Shown piece after piece: positions 56,408 to 64,000 of a stretch of DNA of 64,000 nt (its first letter is position 1; each line of letters begins with the position of its first letter). This DNA comes from Octopus vulgaris (Eukaryota), in contig OX597838.1 in the NCBI GenBank assembly GCA_951406725.2, forward strand, positions 37,758,001-37,822,000, in the 5' to 3' direction. The notes below the pieces were generated by a model that ran no database searches, was not told the DNA's origin, and saw only the letters and a program-made list of their open reading frames with translations. Position numbers and translations under genes: made by a program.

Positions 56408-56585
56408 GGCGCAGGAGTGGCTGTGTGGTAAGTAGCTTGCTTACGAATCACATGGCTCCGGGTTTAGTCCCACTGCGTGGCATCTTGAGCAAGTGTCTTC
56501 TACTATAGCTTCGGGCCGACCAAAGCCTTGTGAGTGGATTTGGTAGACGGAAACTGAAAGAAGCCCGTCGTATATATATATATGT

Positions 56586-56651
<66 letters not shown>

Positions 56652-56805
56652 CTGTGTTTGTCCCCCCAACAACGCTTGAAAACCGATGCTGGTGTATTTA
56701 GTTCCCCGCAACTTAGCGGTTCGGCAAAATAGACCGCAAGAATAAGTACTAGGCTTACAAAGAATAAGTCCTGTTCGACTAAAGGCGGTGCTAAAGAGTA
56801 AAGAG
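56408..56805 (+). mobile_element. SINE family A
   Basis: Head ggcgcaggagtggctgtgtggtaag; 3' deletions. Confidence 0.9.
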
Positions 56806-57199
56806 TCTACACGCACAATCCTTCGCTCACATTGACGGTACGCTCGCTAACACACACTCACACGCACAAACACACACGATGTTAGGGCTGAATGTGGCGA
56901 TTTATATATGTCTCATTTCCTCAGTATTTGTGAACAGTCAACGGCGTTGGAGAGCACGAAGTTTAAAATTAAAATTGAGGAAAAGCTGATATGGAGGACT
57001 GGATGCCACCTGAATGCTGGAAATAAATTATTTGCATCATGGCGCTTTATGCCGTATAAAAAAAGATGTCGACATCTTGATTGTAGCTTAATGCTCTCTG
57101 AACATTGTCAGAGCTATAGGACATGACAATGGACATCATGAAAACCAAGTTCCGCCAAACTGCGCTGAGTCACCAGTGACGTGATGTCATAGAGCCCCG

Positions 57200-57560
57200 C
57201 TTGAATGAATAGGGTCTTAGGCTCAATTCTATCTGAAACTGGTGGAGGCTGTGGTCAAACGCTGGCTGGAGAGGATTGCTGCGGGAAGGCCATTTTTGTG
57301 GCAGTAGTATTCGGCTCTTTGCTACACCTCTAGCAAGAGTCAGAATTTTGCTTGCCGGAGAATTTCTATCACTTCATCAGTTCCAATTTCAGACCTCCTA
57401 ATTCCCTTGACTGTAATCCGATAGATTACGATATGTGAGGCGTGGTTTATACATACACAAATCGCTTTGCTTGCAATACAAAAGCTGATCTTGAGACCAC
57501 GAGTATCTTCCCAAAGACATAGTGGGGGACGCATGATCCCGGTCCCAAAGCAGTTTTGAG
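57200..57560 (+). mobile_element. Tc1/mariner-superfamily (maT/DD37D-like) transposase relic
   Basis: WLERIAAGRPFLWQ..SA..TS.KSQ and FRPPNSLDCNPIDY (WPPNSPDxNPxDY-like), with stops. Confidence 0.6.
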
Positions 57561-57704
57561 GTTGAGGTAGAAGGTGAGGGTAATTTCTTGATTAAACTGT
57601 TACCTCCCAGCCATAATCTAGTTAATATATTTTGAGCTTTTGAAAATACTTTTATTTTGGGATCTTTTCTTTCCAAATGTCAAATTCTCCCCGGATACCC
57701 TGTG

Positions 57705-57705
<1 letters not shown>

Positions 57706-57760
<55 letters not shown>

Positions 57761-57783
57761 GATCTATCTATCTACCTACCTAC

Positions 57784-57858
<75 letters not shown>

Positions 57859-57884
57859 GTTAGTTAGATAGATAGATAACTAAC

Positions 57885-57923
<39 letters not shown>

Positions 57924-57930
57924 TTAGTTA
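57706..57930. repeat. (TATC)n facing (GATA)n
   Basis: Directly visible; the two tracts are mutually complementary. Confidence 0.9.
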
Positions 57931-57934
57931 AGAC

Positions 57935-58174
57935 TTGGAATTTTCTTCGAGTCGAGTAGTCAATCCCGCTCACAAGGTCCTTGAATAAGGGTTGTTTAAG
58001 GATTTTGAACGACACACCTATGTTTTCCGAGATGAATTATTCAAACCCCTAAAGAATTCCTCTCAACACATAGGTATGTTGCTCCACAACTACTTCTGCT
58101 CGTGATCAGAGATTTACATATCGTCAACCACCAAGGGACATGCTCAACTGGTTAAGGCCAAACAACTGACAAGC
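57935..58174 (-). mobile_element. Family C internal fragment
   Basis: Reverse complement matches ~63378-63620. Confidence 0.8.
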
Positions 58175-58205
58175 TAATGTATATATGTATATTATATATA
58201 TATAT

Positions 58206-58577
58206 ATAGAATGGTTGTATACTGTCAATCTAACACGAACGTGACAGTAGGGGGGTACACCACCACTGTATAGCCCTAGGAAGCATCGACGCCTCCTGAT
58301 GGCTTTGACACATTTTTCCTGTGTCCTTATATACATTTACCAGCTGACCGGTGTCTGCTAGTCTAGGCCGACGAAGGACAATCATCCTGAAACACGTGTC
58401 CCTAGATGCAGCCCGGGCGGTTTGGGCTATTTGACTCCCCTTCGTAAATGTATATAAGGACACAGGAAAAATGTGTCAAAGCCATCAGGAGGCGCCGATG
58501 CTTCCTAGGGCTATACAGCGGTGGTTTACCCCCTCCTGTCACGTTCGTGTTAGATTGACAGTATACAACCATTCTAT
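58206..58577. repeat. ~135-bp near-perfect inverted repeat with a 103-nt spacer, flanked by (TA)n
   Basis: 58206-58340 versus 58444-58577; about 4 substitutions and 1 indel by eye. Confidence 0.95.
58355..58411 (+). ncRNA. Type I hammerhead ribozyme motif, U4C core variant (F1)
   Basis: CTGC-ta-GTCTAGG-CCGACGA-AGGA(CAATCA)TCCT-GAAA-CACGTG-TC/CCTAGAT-GCAG; predicted cut after GUC at 58400. Confidence 0.8.
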
Positions 58578-58625
58578 CGCCTCACCACCGTACATATCTC
58601 TACGAGAGATTTAGAAATTTAGTAC

Positions 58626-58677
<52 letters not shown>

Positions 58678-58809
58678 GAAAGAGAGAGATAGAAAGAAAT
58701 GAGTTAAATGAGAAAACGATGACGTGTGAAAATTCAGTTAAGTAATAAACAAAATGCTTAAACTTATAAGTGATCATCATTTAGTGACTAAAGAATATAG
58801 TCTAACATT

Positions 58810-59023
58810 CTTTTCTACCCTAGGCACAAAGGCCGAAATTTGGGGTGAGGGGCACCAGTCGATTAGATCGACACCAGTACGCAACTGGTACTTAATTTAT
58901 CGACCTCACAAGTATGAAAGACAAAGTCGACCTCGGCGGAATTTGAACTCAGAACATAAAGACAGACGAAATCCCGGTAAGCATTTCGCCCGGCGTGCTA
59001 ACGTATCGGCCAACGCGCCGCCT
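58810..59023 (-). mobile_element. SINE family B with probable TSD
   Basis: atagtctaa(c/t)att at 58797-58809 and 59028-59040. Confidence 0.85.
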
Positions 59024-59194
59024 TAAAATAGTCTAATATTGAGGCATATAAGCCCTCAACAGAAGGAAATGGGTATTAGTACACAGACTAATACCAGCTT
59101 TTTTTTTATCGAGGGAAAATATGTTTCAATATTAGACTATTATCTTTAGTCATTACACGGTACACGCTTTTAATTATTATTAACACACACACAA

Positions 59195-59400
59195 GGCGGC
59201 GAGCTGGCAGAAAGGTTAGCACGCCGTGCGAAATGCTTAGCAGTATTTCGTCCGTCTTTTCGTTCTGAGTTCAAATTCCCCCGCCTTTCATCCTTTCGGC
59301 GTCGATAAATTAAGCACTAGTTGCGTAATGGGATCAGTCTGATCGACTGACCCACTCCAAACAATTTCGGGCCCTGTGCCTTGAGCAAAAAAGAATATCT
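59195..59400 (+). mobile_element. SINE family B
   Basis: ggcggcgagctggcagaa..gagttcaaatt..gcctttcatcctttcgg; inverted relative to 58810-59023. Confidence 0.85.
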
Positions 59401-59428
59401 TTTTATAAAAGCTGCAAAATCTTCGCAG

Positions 59429-59473
59429 AACTGTTGTTACTCAGAGTTTCACGTTCCCGTTCGTCGGACAGTT
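59429..59473 (-). ncRNA. Type I hammerhead motif, U4C core (F6)
   Basis: AACTGT-CCGACGA-ACG(GGAA)CGT-GAAA-CTC-T-GAG-TA/ACA(aca)GTT. Confidence 0.65.
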
Positions 59474-60040
59474 GTGATGGACACCATCACAGCTTATATA
59501 TGTATATATATATATACACAAGAAAAAAGCAACAAGAATGGATTAATTTTTCAGTACAATTGTTTCATACGAAGAACAGCTTTATTACAAGCTGCAAATA
59601 TTGCAGCAAATACAAGTGTCCCGTACTCATCAGCCAAAACACATATGAGTTCTCCAAACATCCTAAGGAGTGAGGCTACACTCATGAAGTAACGAAGAGA
59701 GTTCTATAAAAAGCAAATTTAGATTATAAGCAGACTTCCAAAGTTCTCTAATGATGCACAGTTTTATAAAAGGTTTTAAAAAAGGTTTAAAAAAAAGCTT
59801 GTTAGCTTCACAGAAAAGATAAATCCATCCATAATATTGTAGGTGTAATTTCTGGAGATATGAGGAGGTATTTCATTCTCAGAGATGATGAATTTATCCA
59901 TAATTTATCCATAATAAAGTGGGTATAATTTCCTGGTATATGAGAAAATACTGATCACACTTCTGTTCATTTCACAAAACTACTATGTTAGAATTATAAT
60001 GGCTAAAAGAATTTAGTGGAGCAGAAAAACATATATATAT

Positions 60041-60100
<60 letters not shown>

Positions 60101-60569
60101 ATGTGTGTGTGTATGCATGTATATATATATATATATATAATAGTTGTACAACAAGGCACGGTTGTTTGCTGGAAATAACAGTCAATAACGATATATATAT
60201 ATAAATATATACTAACATAGAGATGAGTGTCTATGTGCCTGTGTATACACATATTTATATGCATATATATACACTCACCTTCACACATGTTGTTTATAAA
60301 TGATCCTTACCACTTTCACTATAATCAGATTGTAAAGGTAATTTATGCACGTAATGTATACCTAAAGGCACCCACACTCACACACTCACACACACACACA
60401 TCTATACTCGCACACACACACAAAGACACACATATGTATATACGAGTATATGTATATACAAGTATAACCAAATGTGTATATACATATATACGCATACATA
60501 ATTGCGTTTGCATTTATGCCTATATTCGATCGTGTGTACGTGTGTGCACTTGCAATAAAGATTCTGCAA

Positions 60570-60607
<38 letters not shown>

Positions 60608-60785
60608 TCATACACGCACACACATACTCACAAATACACACACACACACACACACATATGTTTTTAGATTTGTCTGAGGCATTTTTTTAAAATGAATAAT
60701 GAAGGCTTTGTATATACGTCTGTCTTTGTGTGTAGGTGTATTGTTAGTAAGTTCCATTAATATAATACACACACACACACATATG

Positions 60786-60853
<68 letters not shown>

Positions 60854-61031
60854 CGTGTATGTGTGTGTTTATATACACCTGCGTGTTTCCATCATCAGCG
60901 AAAAACAGAATCGCAACCACATTTTAAAATCATGGCTAATTTCCAATTTTATTTTCAGTTCTCTACTGACATGAGAGAAACTCACGCCATGCTGTTTCCC
61001 TATTATTCTAATATACGACGTGTCACGTAGG

Positions 61032-61577
61032 ATGTATGTATGTATGTGTGTATGTATGTGTGTGTGTATGTGTGTATGTATGTGTGTATGTATATATGCA
61101 TGTATGTATGTATGTATGTATGTATGTGTGTAGGTATGTATGTATGTATGTATGTATGTATGTATGTATGTGTGTATATATGTATGTATGTGTGTATGTA
61201 AGTATGTATGGGTGTATGTATGTGTGTATGTATGTATGTATGTATGTATGGGTGTATGTATGTGTGTATGTATGTATGTATATATGCACGTATGTGTGTA
61301 TGTATGTATGTAGGTATGTGTGTGTATGTATGGATGGATGTATATATATATATATGTGTGTAAATGTATATATGTATGTGTGTATGTGTGTAGCTGTGTA
61401 TGTATGTGTGTATATGTGTATGTATTTGTGTATGTGTGTAGGTATGTATGTAGGTATGTATGCATTATGTCTGTTTGTTGGTATGTATTCACGCACGCAC
61501 TTGTGTACCTATATACTTACGTATCTTTCTATGTCAGTGTGTGTGTATATATATATATGTATATATACATACATGTA

Positions 61578-61641
<64 letters not shown>

Positions 61642-61675
61642 CATACATACATACATACATACATACATACATACA
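61032..61675. repeat. (TATG)n/(TA)n array
   Basis: Directly visible. Confidence 0.95.
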
Positions 61676-62384
61676 CTCATTGACACATGTACACTCACAC
61701 AGAGACGCATTTTCTTTACTATGTGTCTGGAGTAGGCTTTATATTGTATAAGTGTACACACCCACATACAGACACATACACAAATACACATACATACAAA
61801 GCGCAGACAAGTACGCACGTTTATTATTTTATTTTATTTTATTTTTTTTGTATTTCATTCCTAAAAAAGTCGTTGATCGTGTCCAAACGGGGAGAAAACA
61901 AAAAACGAAAAGAAAAAGAAATAGAAAAAAAACCGTCTAATCCTGCTAGTAATTCTAAAGTTTACACGTCTTTCTTTTAAAGAACTGGTATGTGATGTTG
62001 GTTATGCAGAATTTTCTGGAAAAAAAAATATATACTTATTCCTCTTGCCCAAAAACCAATAAAGTTCTATGAAACTTATTTCTGTTTTTGAAAACAGATT
62101 TTTTAGCCCTTCTAAAAGGAAACTAAGAAAGAAGAAAAAGAAGGTAAATTCCAAATTGTAAATTGTGTCAGGCAGCATACTCAGTGTTCTTATAACATAT
62201 ACACACACATACACACACACACACACACACACGCACACACACACACACACACTCACACACACGCACACACACGCACGTATATACATACATAAGAATATAT
62301 ATGGGTGTGGATATATGTGTGTGATTGTATGTGTGCGTATATGATAATCCTTTATGTTATAGGCGCATAACACGAAATATTAGA

Positions 62385-62552
62385 TTGAGGGCCGAGTCGA
62401 TTTCATCGACCCCGGTGCTCAGCTGGTATTATTTCATTACGCCGCGAAATGATAAAAGGCGAAGTCGACCTCGGCAGAATTTGAACCCAGAACGGACAAA
62501 TTAAGGCTAAGTATATTATCCAGCGTGTTAAAGACCTGCCAGTTTGTCGCTT
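62385..62552 (-). mobile_element. SINE family B, diverged
   Basis: aaaggcgaagtcgacctcggcagaatttgaacccagaac. Confidence 0.7.
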
Positions 62553-62572
62553 TAGCGGATAATGTTAATGGT

Positions 62573-63130
62573 AAATGCGCTGTGGCAGTACAGGCAGTGG
62601 CTCTCATGGCTTCTGATCTTAACTGATTGGAAGTGCTATCATGTACATTATTTTGTCTTGGTATAAAAGATGGGCTACAGCAAATATTCTGCTCAATACC
62701 ACAGATTTGCTTGTCAGTTGTTTGACCATAACCAGTTGAGCATGTCCCTTAGTGGCTGACGATATGTGCATCTCTGATCTTGAGCAGAAGTAGTGGGAGA
62801 GCATCATAGCTTTGTGTTGAGACGAAATCTTTGGGGCTTGGATAATTCACCTCTGGAAACATGGGTGTTTCGTTCAACATCCTTAAACAACCCTTATTCA
62901 AGGATCATTTGAGCGGATAAGCTACTCAACCTGCAGAAAATTCTAACTGGGCCCCACCTGCAAGGTCATGTGCTGTTTATGTTGATATGGGATCACCATG
63001 TCGCACACATATGGTTATGATGCATGTGCATGGTGTACCCTTATCAGACGGGTAGTCATGATGGGTATACTGGGCTTCATATATTTGTACCCCAGTATCA
63101 CTTTGATGGCATGCACTACTCTCTCACTCA
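62573..63130 (+). mobile_element. Family C element
   Basis: Full copy ending ctctctcactcaa(taa)n. Confidence 0.85.
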
Positions 63131-63141
63131 ATAATAATAAC

Positions 63142-63840
<699 letters not shown>

Positions 63841-63857
63841 GATAATAATAATAATAG

Positions 63858-63889
<32 letters not shown>

Positions 63890-64000
63890 GTGGTGATGAT
63901 GATGATGATGATGATGATGATAATGATGATGACGATGATGATGATGATAATAGCTCGAAACTGAGTTAGTTACGCGATCCCGTTACCTGCTAGAGGGTAG

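Overview
AT-rich eukaryotic, essentially non-coding DNA (intron or intergenic). The repeat repertoire and extreme microsatellite load [(TA)n, (CA)n, (TAA)n, (TATC)n, (TACA)n, (GGT)n, (CTT)n, (CAT)n] point to an octopus/coleoid cephalopod genome; this is my recognition and was not checked against a database. No host protein-coding exon can be supported, and almost all tracked ORFs are microsatellite artefacts. Real coding relics all come from transposable elements: R4/Dong-type RLE non-LTR retrotransposons tied to (TAA)n, RTE and CR1/L2-like LINE 3' ends, and mariner and maT-like transposases. Non-coding elements include three tRNA-derived SINE families, a non-autonomous Helitron, a mariner MITE, and an unclassified ~560-bp element flanked by (TAA)n. 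The most notable signal is a dense, diverse set of type I hammerhead ribozyme motifs: about 15 copies from about 8 unrelated sequence families. Most have a palindromic stem III, several carry core variants (U4C, A6U/C, possibly G3:C8), and many lie in or beside inverted repeats and (TA)n tracts, as expected for Penelope-like element pseudo-LTR footprints. One intact motif sits in the loop of a ~135-bp near-perfect inverted repeat (58206-58577). Several other long fold-backs are also present. All structures were folded by eye, and none of the activity is demonstrated.
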